Below, one piece after another: positions 1 through 9,569 of a DNA stretch of 63,210 nt. How positions within the stretch are numbered: position 1 is the stretch's first letter; each line of letters opens with the position of its first letter. The notes beneath the pieces are model-generated. The model searched no databases and had not been told where the DNA came from. It saw only the letters and a program-made list of their open reading frames with translations. The translations under genes were made by a program, and so were the position numbers. The DNA comes from Candidatus Moraniibacteriota bacterium (lineage in GTDB: Bacteria; Patescibacteriota; Minisyncoccia; Moranbacterales; GCA-2747515), in NCBI GenBank assembly GCA_023133275.1, contig JAGLWU010000020.1:1-63210 (forward strand), read 5' to 3'.

Positions 1-2
1 TG

Positions 3-518
3 ATTGAGTTTGATAAAAAGTTTGTTATAGTTGGACATCAAAATGCTATTACATATAAAGAGATTTTCAAATTAATAAAAGATAATAAATTGTGGCTTGG
101 TTATGGTTTCAAAGGAGGAGCTGCTCATTTTATCAATAAACATTATGAAGATTATGTTACTGCTGGAGATCACAAAGAAGGAATGATTAGAGTTTCGGGC
201 GTTAATTGGTTTACGAATTTAGATGTAAAAAAGCGTCATGAAGATTTAATTCTTTATAAGACTTATAAGGGAAATGAAAAAGATTATTTAAAATATGAAA
301 ATTTTGATGCGATAAACGTTGATATAACAAAAGAAATTCCAGTGGATTATGAGGGGGCGATGGGCGTGCCGATTACTTTTATGGATAAGTATAATCCTGC
401 TCAGTTTGAGATTGTGAAATTTAGAAAAGGTGATGATGAAAAGGATTTGGTTTATACAATTGACGGTGAAAAGAAATGTCCTTATTTTAGGATTTTAATT
501 AGGAATAAGAAAATTTAG
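3..518 (+). CDS. N6-adenine DNA methyltransferase, M.EcoRI-like (5' end cut by window edge)
   Basis: The frame is open from nt 3, so the listed ORF start at 90 is internal. FDKKFVIVGHQNAITYKEIFKLIKDNKLWLGYG, GAMGVPITFMDKYNPAQFEIVKFRKGDDEKDL and CPYFRILIRNKKI parallel the C-terminal third of M.EcoRI as I recall it (YDKKFLIIANVNSITYKEVF, GVMGVPITFLHKFNPEQFELIKFRKG, CPYFRILIKNK). Confidence 0.8.
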   Translation: MEFDKKFVIVGHQNAITYKEIFKLIKDNKLWLGYGFKGGAAHFINKHYEDYVTAGDHKEGMIRVSGVNWFTNLDVKKRHEDLILYKTYKGNEKDYLKYENFDAINVDITKEIPVDYEGAMGVPITFMDKYNPAQFEIVKFRKGDDEKDLVYTIDGEKKCPYFRILIRNKKI

Positions 519-540
519 TTTTTGAAATTATAATAAAATA

Positions 541-1050
541 ATGAAAAGAAAAAATAAACCAATTAGCATTAGTTTACCTTATGTTAAAATTTATAGAGAT
601 GAAATTGAAGAAATAATAGCTATTTTAGAAGAAAGTGAACCTAAAAAAATAGAATTTGAAGCTAGAGACAAAATTTTTAGCTATGATGAAATAGATAAAT
701 TAAATTCGAATGATATTAGTAACCTTGTAATAAGTGCTAAATATGATTGGATTCAAAGTTTTAATATTGATTTTTATAGGTTTGGTGTTAATATTTTTGA
801 TACGCATAGTGATCATCCTATTAAATATAAAGGAATTGCTAGTGAAATAGAACAACTTTTAAAACAAAAAAAGAAATATTTTATCATTTTTAGTAAATTG
901 GAATTTACTTCAATAGGAAAAAAAATTTATAAAAATACAATTTTTTTAAAATATAAAAAAGATACGCCACATTTTTTTGAAAGAAATAAAGATTATATTA
1001 TAAATTTTTTCATTGCAATGATTAGTTTTTTATTGGGTAAATTTTTATAA
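541..1050 (+). CDS. hypothetical protein with C-terminal hydrophobic helix
   Basis: 169-aa ORF starting 22 nt after the methylase stop. No recognisable motif. The C-terminal FFIAMISFLLGKFL looks like a membrane anchor. Confidence 0.45.
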   Translation: MKRKNKPISISLPYVKIYRDEIEEIIAILEESEPKKIEFEARDKIFSYDEIDKLNSNDISNLVISAKYDWIQSFNIDFYRFGVNIFDTHSDHPIKYKGIASEIEQLLKQKKKYFIIFSKLEFTSIGKKIYKNTIFLKYKKDTPHFFERNKDYIINFFIAMISFLLGKFL

Positions 1051-1100
1051 AAACTTTCCTTAAAAACCAAAGTAATTTATAATAAAATTGTTATTTAAAA

Positions 1101-1136
1101 TAAAAAAAGCACCTACTTTCGAGAATCCGAAAGTAG
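1101..1136 (-). terminator. intrinsic terminator of the 61-aa minus-strand gene
   Basis: CCTACTTTCG / CGAAAGTAGG 10-bp stem (1111-1120 / 1127-1136). On the minus strand it is followed by TGCTTTTTTT. Confidence 0.7.
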
Positions 1137-1158
1137 GGCAGTGTAGGTCATGACCTTA

Positions 1159-1344
1159 TTAAACGTAATTAGCTGCTTTGGCTCGGAGAACTTCCTCTGT
1201 ACCGTCTTTGTGATTATGACGAAGTTGATCAAGTCGGCGTTTCTCTTTAGGGTCCAAGCCAATGGTATTTTTTTTAGCAACCAAGAAATTGCCTTCTTGA
1301 GCAATTTGATTTGTGTCATTAACTGCATGTCTAAGAGTTTTCAT
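1159..1344 (-). CDS. small hypothetical protein (61 aa)
   Basis: Chosen among three overlapping frames. It has an AGGAG Shine-Dalgarno about 7 nt before the ATG and a clean terminator just downstream. The region is locally more GC-rich. Confidence 0.5.
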   Translation of the reverse strand: MKTLRHAVNDTNQIAQEGNFLVAKKNTIGLDPKEKRRLDQLRHNHKDGTEEVLRAKAANYV

Positions 1345-1495
1345 TTCTGTTCTCCTGTAAAAATAAATAGTGGTTTGACTTAAAAATAAGCCATTAACAC
1401 GAGCGGGACTTCCCCAACTCGATAAATAATCATATCAAAAAAATAACATTTTGTCAATATCATTTTTAAACAATAATGATTTATAATAAAAATTC

Positions 1496-2542
1496 ATGAA
1501 AACCAAACTAAAAGAAATTTCGATGAAAGATGAATTAACAGAATTTCTTCTTTACACATCTCCCAGCGGAGAAATAAAAGTAGAAGTCTTTTTGCAGGAC
1601 GAAACAATTTGGCTTACCCAAAAAAGAATAGCAGAACTTTTTGGAAAGGGACGAAGTACCATCACAGAGCATTTACAAAATATTTTTAAAGATGGCGAAT
1701 TACAAGAAGAACTGGTTAGTCGGGATTTCCGACATACCACTCAACACGGTGCTATTGACGGAAAAACACAAGTAAACAGTGTTAAATTTTACAATTTAGA
1801 TGCAGTTTTATCTGTAGGATATCGAGTAAATTCATCACAAGCAACACAATTTAGGATTTGGGCAACTAAAATTTTAGAAGGTTATATCATTAAAGGTTTT
1901 GCAATGAATGTCGAAAGACTAAAAGACCCAACTCCTATTTTTGGAAAAGATTATTTTCGTGAACAGGTAGAAATAATTAGAGATATTCGCAGTAGTGAGC
2001 GAAGAATGTACCAGCAAATTACTGATATTTATGCAGAATGTTCTGTTGATTATGATAAAAATTCAGAAATAACCAAAGAATTTTTTGCCACAGTTCAAAA
2101 TAAACTTCACTGGGCTATCATAAAACAAACAGCCGCAGAAATTATTGTTAATAGAGCTGATTCTACAAAGGAAAAAATGGGACTGACTACTTGGAAAAAT
2201 TCGCCAAAAGGAAAAATAAGAAAGAGAGATGTAAGTGTCGCTAAAAATTATTTAACAGAAAAAGAATTGAAACCATTGAATAGGATAGTGGTAATGTATT
2301 TAGATTATGCTGAACATCAAGCACAGAAAAGTATTGCTATGACAATGAAAGATTGGATAAAAAAATTAGATATTTTTTTACAATTTAATGAAGAAGAGAT
2401 TTTAAAAAATTCAGGTAAGATAACAGCGGAAATAGCTAAAATATTTGCAGAAAATGAATTTGAAAAATATAAAGTAATTCAAAATAAAGATTATATTTCT
2501 GATTTTGACAAGGAAGTTGAAAAATTAAAAATTCATAAATAA
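1496..2542 (+). CDS. rhuM: RhuM-family (virulence protein RhuM-like) protein
   Basis: N-terminal IKVEVFLQDETIWLTQKRIAELFGKGRSTITEHLQNIF, YNLDAVLSVGYRVNSSQATQFRIWATKIL and the overall 348-aa length are typical of the RhuM family. Confidence 0.8.
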   Translation: MKTKLKEISMKDELTEFLLYTSPSGEIKVEVFLQDETIWLTQKRIAELFGKGRSTITEHLQNIFKDGELQEELVSRDFRHTTQHGAIDGKTQVNSVKFYNLDAVLSVGYRVNSSQATQFRIWATKILEGYIIKGFAMNVERLKDPTPIFGKDYFREQVEIIRDIRSSERRMYQQITDIYAECSVDYDKNSEITKEFFATVQNKLHWAIIKQTAAEIIVNRADSTKEKMGLTTWKNSPKGKIRKRDVSVAKNYLTEKELKPLNRIVVMYLDYAEHQAQKSIAMTMKDWIKKLDIFLQFNEEEILKNSGKITAEIAKIFAENEFEKYKVIQNKDYISDFDKEVEKLKIHK

Positions 2543-2568
2543 TTAATTTAAATTTTAACTAAAAAATT

Positions 2569-3651
2569 ATGAAAATCGAACTTAAAGAAATTTCAATTAA
2601 AGATGTCGTAAATAATTATATTAACAACAACGAAGAAGGAGTCATCGGCTACAACGGAAAACTAAACATCCGCCCAAAATACCAAAGAGAATTTGTTTAC
2701 AAAGACGCTCAAAGAGATTCCGTAATCAATACCGTCAGAAAAAATTTCCCACTCAATGTTATGTATTGGGTAAAAAACGAAGACGAAACCTATGAAGTTT
2801 TAGACGGACAACAGAGAACTATAAGCGTTTGCGAATACGTCGCAGGAAATTTTTCACTAAATTATCAATATTTTCACAACCTCGAAGATTCCGAAAAAGA
2901 CGAAATTCTCAATTATAAATTGATGGTTTATTTCTGCGAGGGAACACCTAAAGAAAAATTAGACTGGTTTGAAATCATAAATATTGCTGGAGAAAAATTA
3001 ACCGATCAAGAATTACGAAATGCAATTTACACCGGAACTTGGCTAACCGACGCAAAAAGACATTTCAGTAAATCAGGTTGTCCAGCTTACGGATTGGCAA
3101 GTGATTATTTAAAAGGTTCAGCGATTCGTCAAGATTATTTAGAAACGGCAATTCGCTGGATTAGCGATGATAGTATTAAAGAATACATGGCAGAAAATCA
3201 ACATAAACCAAACGCCAATGAATTGTGGCTATATTTTCAAAGTGTAATAAATTGGATTAAAGTTACTTTTCCAAAATATCGTAAAGAAATGAAGGGAATT
3301 GATTTTGGTGTTTTGTATAATGAATTTAAAGACAAAGAATTTGATTCAGAAAAATTAGAAAAAGAAATAATAGAATTAATGCAAGATGAGGATGTAACAA
3401 AAAAGTCAGGAATTTATTCTTATGTTTTGACAAAAAATGAAAAGTTCTTAAATATCCGTTCGTTTACAGAAAAACAAAAGCGGGAGACTTATGAAAAGCA
3501 AAAAGGTATTTGTGTGAAGTGTGAAAAACATTTTGAATTAAATGAAATGGAGGCGGATCATATTAAACCTTGGCACGAGGGCGGTAAGTCAACATCAGAA
3601 AATTGCCAGATGTTATGTAAAATGTGCAATAGAATTAAATCAGGAAAATAG
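2569..3651 (+). CDS. DUF262/ParB-like nuclease domain protein with C-terminal HNH endonuclease
   Basis: DGQQRT motif (DUF262, GmrSD N-terminal type) near the N-terminus. C-terminal HNH: CVKCEKHF, ADHIKPWHEGGKSTSENCQMLCKMCNRIKSGK. Sits 27 nt downstream of rhuM. Confidence 0.8.
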   Translation: MKIELKEISIKDVVNNYINNNEEGVIGYNGKLNIRPKYQREFVYKDAQRDSVINTVRKNFPLNVMYWVKNEDETYEVLDGQQRTISVCEYVAGNFSLNYQYFHNLEDSEKDEILNYKLMVYFCEGTPKEKLDWFEIINIAGEKLTDQELRNAIYTGTWLTDAKRHFSKSGCPAYGLASDYLKGSAIRQDYLETAIRWISDDSIKEYMAENQHKPNANELWLYFQSVINWIKVTFPKYRKEMKGIDFGVLYNEFKDKEFDSEKLEKEIIELMQDEDVTKKSGIYSYVLTKNEKFLNIRSFTEKQKRETYEKQKGICVKCEKHFELNEMEADHIKPWHEGGKSTSENCQMLCKMCNRIKSGK

Positions 3652-3700
3652 TTTTTATTTTATTGATAATAAGTTACAATTTATTTTATTAGACTTCCAA

Positions 3701-3834
3701 AAAAACCTACTCATCTCATTTCGACTGGAGCGAAGCGGAACGTAGAAATCTCAAAGCTTACAGAGAATCATAAAGTTTTGAGATCTCTCGACTTCGCTAT
3801 TGCTACACTCGAGATGACAGCATAAGAGGTTTTT
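3701..3834. repeat. about 130-bp imperfect palindrome (long hairpin element)
   Basis: Left arm AAAAACCTACTCATCTCATTTCGACTGGAGCGAAG...ATCTCAAA faces right arm TTTGAGATCTCTCGACTTCGCT...CTCGAGATGACAGCATAAGAGGTTTTT. The GAGATGACAG end resembles the ...ATGACAG ends of other intergenic units. Confidence 0.6.
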
Positions 3835-3883
3835 AAAGAAGTTTAATATTTAAAGACAATTTAAAATATATTTAGTAAAACAA

Positions 3884-4177
3884 ATGAAAAAATTAGATAA
3901 TTTTTTAAAATTTAAGAAAAAGAAAATTCAAAAAAGAAATATTGAAGTTGATGAAAAAACCATCTTCCATTTATTTATGCACGTTATCAAAGAAGAATTT
4001 GGTAATCAAGGGCAGAAAAATATTACTCCAACTTTTTTGAAAAATTCTGTTATTTTTGTGAAGATTCAAAATTCGATTTGGGCACAAGAATTGTGGATTC
4101 AAAGGAATTTTTTTATTGATAATTTGAATAATAAAATCGGCGGGGAAGTAATTAAGGATATTAAGATTTCTAATTAA
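3884..4177 (+). CDS. dciA: DUF721 / DciA-like protein
   Basis: 97 aa. VIFVKIQNSIWAQELWIQRNFFIDNLNNKIGGEVIKDIKI matches the DUF721 pattern (V.V.S..WAQEL....I...LN...G.EVIKDI). Confidence 0.5.
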   Translation: MKKLDNFLKFKKKKIQKRNIEVDEKTIFHLFMHVIKEEFGNQGQKNITPTFLKNSVIFVKIQNSIWAQELWIQRNFFIDNLNNKIGGEVIKDIKISN

Positions 4178-4295
4178 AATAGATTTTTAGAATGTTGGAT
4201 AACTAGACTGTTAAAATATAATTTATTATACTTTAGTGTTTATATAGATATTAAAGTGAATTATTTGATATATATTTTAAACTAAAAATAAAATT

Positions 4296-4739
4296 ATGAG
4301 AAATTATTTTCTTTCAAAAACTAAAATACCAGAAAAATTATCAGTGGAAATGCAAGGGGTAATTGATGATTTAAAACAATCTTCAAATCAAGAAGAATGT
4401 TTACAAAAAGTGTATAAAATTATGACGAGTAGATATCGTGGGTATAAACTTAGAACTTACAGAAGATTTTTTAATATTTTTACTTTTAATGTTGAAAAAT
4501 TGTGGAATGATGAAGGGTTTATCCATTGTCATAATGCTAATTTTTTGTTGAGAATTTTATTAGTAAAAAGTGGATTTTTTAAAAATGAGGATATTGAAAA
4601 TAAGTGGACGTTAACTGGGTATTTAGCGATTCATCAGTATTTGAAAATAAAATTATATAGTGGTAAAAATGTTAATATTGATGTTTGGGGTGCGTCGTAT
4701 GGAATTAAATTTGGTGATTATTCTAATGGTTTTCATTAA
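4296..4739 (+). CDS. hypothetical protein (possible transglutaminase-like Cys/His fold)
   Basis: 147-aa ORF. GFIHCHNANFLLRILL plus a later H and D loosely resemble a transglutaminase-like core. Function is uncertain. Confidence 0.4.
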   Translation: MRNYFLSKTKIPEKLSVEMQGVIDDLKQSSNQEECLQKVYKIMTSRYRGYKLRTYRRFFNIFTFNVEKLWNDEGFIHCHNANFLLRILLVKSGFFKNEDIENKWTLTGYLAIHQYLKIKLYSGKNVNIDVWGASYGIKFGDYSNGFH

Positions 4740-4765
4740 ATTATTAACTCTTTTCAAAATTAAAA

Positions 4766-4785
4766 CAAGGAGTCATGACTCCTTG
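4766..4785. repeat. perfect 20-bp palindrome CAAGGAGTCATGACTCCTTG next to a GC box
   Basis: Read directly. A sequence-variant partner, AACAAGGGGTCATGACCCCTTGTT, sits at 12261-12284 in the same position relative to a GC box. Confidence 0.8.
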
Positions 4786-4793
4786 TCCAAAAA

Positions 4794-4811
4794 AGCCCGT
4801 GCGGCGAGCAC
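4794..4811 (+). repeat. GC-box repeat, exact AGCCCGTGCGGCGAGCAC
   Basis: Exact 18-mer flanked by an A-run and a T-rich tract, between convergent genes. Confidence 0.9.
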
Positions 4812-4840
4812 TTTATTAAATTAAACTATTTAAAATTCAA

Positions 4841-4873
4841 AAAAAAGACTAGAAAATAACCTAGTCTTTTTTG
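4841..4873. terminator. bidirectional intrinsic terminator
   Basis: AAAAAAGACTAG-aaaataac-CTAGTCTTTTTT between the convergent 4296-4739 gene and the PBP1A gene. Confidence 0.7.
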
Positions 4874-4887
4874 TTATTTATAAGCAT

Positions 4888-7653
4888 TTAAGGGGTTGCT
4901 GGAGTTTCAGTTTTATCTTCTGTCTCAGGTTTAGGAATTGAAACTTTAACTTTTTTACTACTTTCCGCAGTATTTCCAGCAGAATCAGTAATTTTAACAC
5001 TAAAAGTTATTTCAGAACCATCTTTAGAATCAGGAATATCATATTCAACACTTTTATCTTTAGTTTCTTTAATTAAACTGCCGTCAGCAAAATATTCTAT
5101 TTTTTCCACGTCATAAGGACTATTTACATCAACTTTTATTTCCACTTTTTGCTCAGAAATTTTATCAGGCACAGAAATTTTTATTTCAGGTTTGTATTTA
5201 TCAAAATCATCTTTTTTACATTCATCAGGTTTTTCTTCAAAAATCATTTTAGAATCTTTTTCATAAAATTTCTTCACCCCTTTTTCCCAATTTTTATACT
5301 GAGGATCATCTTTAGCTTTTTCAGGTTTATCGCCTTGAGGATCATCTTTTTTTACATAGTAAAGAATATTGTGAATGTCGGCAAATTTTCTTTTTTTCCA
5401 TTTATCTTCAGGACAATATTTATTTGCCTCGCAATATTCATCATCTTTTCCAGGAATTTCACAAACTTCAATTTTTTCTGGTTCAGGTATTTCTCCATCT
5501 AAAATATCTTTTTTAGTTTCATTTTCATCTTTGTCATATTTTGGAAATTTTTCTCCGACAGAGTCTGAAAAAACTTCTAATAAAACTTTTCTAAAAATCG
5601 GTGCAGCGACAGCGGATCCACCGCCTGAATTACTCATTGAAGAATTGTCATTATTTCCACCCCACACACCAATGGCAATTTCAGGTGTGTAACCAATTGT
5701 CCAAGCATCTCGATTTTCATTTGTAGTTCCAGTTTTTGCAGCAACAGTGTTATCATCAAATTTCAAATCATTATTTTCTCCAAAAGCAGCAGATCGATAT
5801 TTATTATGAGAAAGCGAATGAGACAACATTGAAATATATTTTTCTTCAACAATTTTTTCTCCTTCATATTCTTCAACTTCTTCGAGAATTTCTCCATTTT
5901 TATCCTCCACTTTTAAAATTGAGCGTTTATCAAATTTAACACCATTATTTGCAAAAACGGAATAAGCGGCTACGTGGTCAACTAATTTAATTTCACCACC
6001 ACCTAAAACTAAAGATAATCCATAGCGATCAGGTTCGTTCAATCCAGTGATTCCTAATCTTTTCACAAAAGAAATCGTATCTTTTGGTCCAGCGAGGTAA
6101 AGAACTTTTACAGCAGGAATATTTAAAGACATTGAAAGGGCTTCTTTTAATTTTACTGGTCCACGAAAAGTTCCATCGTAATTTTGTGGTTCATACGGTT
6201 CACTGGCACCAGTTTCAAATTTAGTTTCCACATCGAAAATTATTGTTTCTGGAGTATAACCTTTTTCAAATGCGTGTAAATAAGCGTAAGGTTTGAAAGA
6301 AGACCCAGGTTGTCGTTCGCTTAAAGTTACATTAACTTGCCCGTCAATTTCTTCGTCGAAATAATCTCGAGATCCGATCATAGTTAAAATATCACCATTT
6401 TTTGGATCGATAGCGACTAAAGCAGCATTTTCGGCATTATATTTTTCTTTATTTTCTAAAGCAATTTCTTTTACAATTGCTTGTGCTTTTTCTTGTTTTT
6501 TCCAATCTAAAGTTGTGATAACTTTTAATCCATTTTTTTCTAAATATTCAGCTCCATATTTATCTTCTAAATATTCACGAACATAAAAAACGAAATGAGG
6601 TGCTTTTATATTTTCTCGATTCTTAGCTAATTTAACAAATACGTCCACATTTTTAGCTTCTGATGACTGTTCTGCAGAAATATAACCTAATTCTACCATA
6701 TTATTTAAAGTCTTTTCCTGACGCGATTTTAAATGTTCTCTATTATTTCCATAAGGAGACCATTTTGATGGAGCTTGAGGTAGTGAAGCTAGAATAGTTG
6801 CTTCGTCTAAAGTTAAATCTTTAGCGTTTTTATTGAAAAAAGTTTGAGCTGCTGCCTCGATTCCGTAAGCATTTGATCCATAAGGAATTTCATTTAAATA
6901 CATTCCGAGAATATCATCTTTTTCGAACTTCATTTCAATTTCTATCGCTAAAATTAATTCTTTGATTTTTCTTTCTATTCTTTTTTCATTTGTTAAGATT
7001 GAATTTTTTACAAATTGTTGAGTGATTGTTGAGCCTCCAACACTTTGTCCAATTCCGAAAACATTGGAAAGAATTGCTCGAATAAGTCCTTTTATGTCAA
7101 AACCGATGTGATGGTAAAAATTTTCATCTTCTAAAGCGACAGTGGCTTGTTTTACTATATCTGGAATTTCATCATGGGAAATAATTGTTCTTTTTTCTTC
7201 GCCGTGAATATCGTATAAAATTACTGTTCCAGTTCGGTCGTAAATTTTTGTGCTTTCGTCGATGGCTCTCATATTTACTTTTCCGGGTTCTGGTAAATCT
7301 TTGGCGATAAAAGCGAATATTCCGATTACGATAAATAATCCGACTAAAAATATAATTCCTGAGATTTTTAGGGTTTTTATGAAAATGGCTTTTTTATTTA
7401 GGTTTTGCCATTTGTATCTCATTTTGTCCCAGAAGTTTCCTCCGTTGAAATTGTTTTGTGGTTTTTGTTGTGGTCGGCGAGGGGTGTTTAGGGAATTGTG
7501 CTGGATTCGGTTGAATTTTTCGAATCGTTTTTCTCTTGTTTCTTTTTTATTGAAGGGGTTGGCTAGTTTGTTTTTTAGGCGACTGAAAAATCCACGGGGT
7601 TTTTGTTTGTGTGGTTTTCGGTGGAAATTTTTTGTTGTGAATGTGTTTCGCAT
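4888..7653 (-). CDS. mrcA: class A penicillin-binding protein (PBP1A: glycosyltransferase + transpeptidase) with C-terminal Ig-like extension
   Basis: Basic N-terminus plus TM helix. GT51 motifs (EDENFYHHIGFD, GGSTITQQ). Transpeptidase motifs (SSFKP, SLN, KTGTT). Confidence 0.9.
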   Translation of the reverse strand: MRNTFTTKNFHRKPHKQKPRGFFSRLKNKLANPFNKKETREKRFEKFNRIQHNSLNTPRRPQQKPQNNFNGGNFWDKMRYKWQNLNKKAIFIKTLKISGIIFLVGLFIVIGIFAFIAKDLPEPGKVNMRAIDESTKIYDRTGTVILYDIHGEEKRTIISHDEIPDIVKQATVALEDENFYHHIGFDIKGLIRAILSNVFGIGQSVGGSTITQQFVKNSILTNEKRIERKIKELILAIEIEMKFEKDDILGMYLNEIPYGSNAYGIEAAAQTFFNKNAKDLTLDEATILASLPQAPSKWSPYGNNREHLKSRQEKTLNNMVELGYISAEQSSEAKNVDVFVKLAKNRENIKAPHFVFYVREYLEDKYGAEYLEKNGLKVITTLDWKKQEKAQAIVKEIALENKEKYNAENAALVAIDPKNGDILTMIGSRDYFDEEIDGQVNVTLSERQPGSSFKPYAYLHAFEKGYTPETIIFDVETKFETGASEPYEPQNYDGTFRGPVKLKEALSMSLNIPAVKVLYLAGPKDTISFVKRLGITGLNEPDRYGLSLVLGGGEIKLVDHVAAYSVFANNGVKFDKRSILKVEDKNGEILEEVEEYEGEKIVEEKYISMLSHSLSHNKYRSAAFGENNDLKFDDNTVAAKTGTTNENRDAWTIGYTPEIAIGVWGGNNDNSSMSNSGGGSAVAAPIFRKVLLEVFSDSVGEKFPKYDKDENETKKDILDGEIPEPEKIEVCEIPGKDDEYCEANKYCPEDKWKKRKFADIHNILYYVKKDDPQGDKPEKAKDDPQYKNWEKGVKKFYEKDSKMIFEEKPDECKKDDFDKYKPEIKISVPDKISEQKVEIKVDVNSPYDVEKIEYFADGSLIKETKDKSVEYDIPDSKDGSEITFSVKITDSAGNTAESSKKVKVSIPKPETEDKTETPATP

Positions 7654-7721
7654 GGTACTTTTTGTTACTTGTAATGTTGTAATTTATTGTACTGCGAAAT
7701 GGAGGAGGAGTAAAGGTTAGT

Positions 7722-8576
7722 TTACTTTTTGCTTTTTTTGATTAAATAATCTATCATCATTCCAGAAATATCTATTCCTGTGAATTCTTGAGCCTTTGAA
7801 AAATTGCAAGGGAAATTTACTTCACTTACGTAAGGTTTATTATTTTTATCAATCATAATATCAACACCGCCAAATTCTATTCCTAAAGAATGAACAGCCT
7901 TAATAGCAATTTGATTTATTTCTTTAGGATATTCTTTAATTTCTTTTTTAATATTTATATTCAATCTAAATTCAGAGGAATGTTTTATATTACAAGTGCT
8001 TGCAATAACTTTATCACCTAAAACATTTATTCTAGCTTGTTCATTGTGATCTATAAACTCGCTTAATTTAAAATCTGTTTTGATATATTCAAATTTTTTT
8101 GAATTAAAAAAATCAATTATTGATATTAATGATTCCATACTATCTATTCTCATAACTCCAACACCATGACTTCCGCCCAAGGCTTTGATTACAATTGGAA
8201 AGCCTCCAAGATGCTCAACATACTTCTTTAGTAATTCTTTATTTTTTGGTAAATAATTTATTGTTTTAGGTATTGGTAGATTATTTTTATAATAAATTAT
8301 GTCTTGTAGATCTTTATTTATAAAGCTATAATCAGGATTTGTATAAAAAGAAGATACTTCTTCATTTAATAAAAAAGATTCTATAATTCGTGCCTTGCTT
8401 CCAGTTTTAACTCTATAAAATAAATCATTTTTTGTTAAATTTATTTTATTTGTAAAATTGAAATTTTCAACTTCTATTGGAATAAATTTTATATTTTTTT
8501 CTTCACATGATTTTTTTAAATATTTAAGGGATGTGTCGGTTGAATGTTTATTTTCTACTATACAATAAAAGCTCAT
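7722..8576 (-). CDS. RimK-like ATP-grasp ligase
   Basis: GGFPIVIKALGGSHGVGVMRI (ATP-binding Lys plus Gly loop), SEFID, ARINVLG, GGVDIM...YVSEVNFPC (E-x-N Mg site). Confidence 0.75.
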   Translation of the reverse strand: MSFYCIVENKHSTDTSLKYLKKSCEEKNIKFIPIEVENFNFTNKINLTKNDLFYRVKTGSKARIIESFLLNEEVSSFYTNPDYSFINKDLQDIIYYKNNLPIPKTINYLPKNKELLKKYVEHLGGFPIVIKALGGSHGVGVMRIDSMESLISIIDFFNSKKFEYIKTDFKLSEFIDHNEQARINVLGDKVIASTCNIKHSSEFRLNINIKKEIKEYPKEINQIAIKAVHSLGIEFGGVDIMIDKNNKPYVSEVNFPCNFSKAQEFTGIDISGMMIDYLIKKSKK

Positions 8577-8626
8577 ATTTTTTAAATAAGTGATTAATAG
8601 AATAAATTATAACATAAATTTGATTT

Positions 8627-9565
8627 TTAAGAAAAAATATTAGTTAAATCTTCATAAACTTTTATTGCAATCTTTTTATCTTCAGGTTTAAAAAGCATTC
8701 CTGGAGCAGAATTAAATTCAATTATCCATGGATTTTCTTTTTCATCAAACATAAGATCAATTGAATAATGTTTGTTTTCAAAAACTGAAAATAAATTATT
8801 TATATAATTAACTATTTCAATAATTTTGTCAGGCAAGTCTCTTGTATCGATTATAGTTTTGCTGCCACCTAATGAAACATTAGCTAATAAACTATCTTTT
8901 GGTGGTTGTCTGTAGTATGTATGAGAAATTTCATTATCTATCATTATAACTCTTAAATCATGCGTTCCTTTCATGATGTTTGGAATTCCATTTTTTGAAT
9001 TAATAAATTCTTGAACAATCCATGAATATGGAATGGTACTTTTTGAGATAAATTCACAAGTTTCTTTTTTATTTAAAATATGGATATCTCTTCCTCTGCT
9101 TAGGGTTGCAGGTTTTATAATAACTCTATTGCTCTTTAATAATGCAATCTCTTCAATATTTTTTTTATTTAAAATATTAATTTGTTTTTTTGTGTAAAAA
9201 GGTGCTAAAAAAGGCAAAAATCTTTTATTATCTAATAAAGTAGAAAAATCTAATGGATTTATGAATGGAAAAATATTTGCTAATTTTTGAACAATAGAGC
9301 CACATCTTTTCTCAGAAGTCAATTTATCAAAAATAACATCTGGTTTTATATTTTTGCATCTGATCCATTTACCATTTTTAAAACTCCAAGCGTGTGAAAA
9401 TATTTTATTTTCATCATTGAACCATTGATAAGAAGCTCTATATAATTTGATATCATTTTTATAAAAAGTCTCATACATCAATTCGTAAGAATATTTATAT
9501 GAGTCATCTGTAAAAACCTCTTCTTCCCATTTTTTTTTACCAAATAAGATCAGTGCTTTTTTCAT
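8627..9565 (-). CDS. ATP-grasp ligase, YheC/YheD- or TTL-like
   Basis: RVIIKPATLSRGRDIHIL, WIVQEFI, HDLRVIMID, SLGGSKT, YSIDLMFDEKENPWIIEFNSAPG. Confidence 0.65.
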   Translation of the reverse strand: MKKALILFGKKKWEEEVFTDDSYKYSYELMYETFYKNDIKLYRASYQWFNDENKIFSHAWSFKNGKWIRCKNIKPDVIFDKLTSEKRCGSIVQKLANIFPFINPLDFSTLLDNKRFLPFLAPFYTKKQINILNKKNIEEIALLKSNRVIIKPATLSRGRDIHILNKKETCEFISKSTIPYSWIVQEFINSKNGIPNIMKGTHDLRVIMIDNEISHTYYRQPPKDSLLANVSLGGSKTIIDTRDLPDKIIEIVNYINNLFSVFENKHYSIDLMFDEKENPWIIEFNSAPGMLFKPEDKKIAIKVYEDLTNIFS

Positions 9566-9569
9566 ATTT

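Noticed and set aside
1113-1383. Overlapping ORFs 1113-1328 (minus strand) and 1150-1383 (plus strand)
   Set aside because: Only the 1159-1344 minus-strand frame has both a Shine-Dalgarno and a downstream terminator. The 1113-1328 frame runs through the terminator hairpin.
4794-4811. Reading the GC box as a simple rho-independent terminator
   Set aside because: The best self-pairing is only 3-4 bp (GTGC/GCAC or GCC/GGC). Seven of the 14 copies face start codons rather than gene 3' ends, and genuine terminator hairpins with 6-14-bp stems exist separately, for example at 4841, 31142 and 54532.
5149-5939. ORF-track entries 5149-5502, 5375-5692 and 5736-5939 (plus strand), and 7250-7720
   Set aside because: They lie entirely antisense to, or overlapping, the well-supported PBP1A gene. 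Their translations are low-complexity (Phe/Ile/Leu-rich), as expected from the reverse strand of an AT-rich gene.
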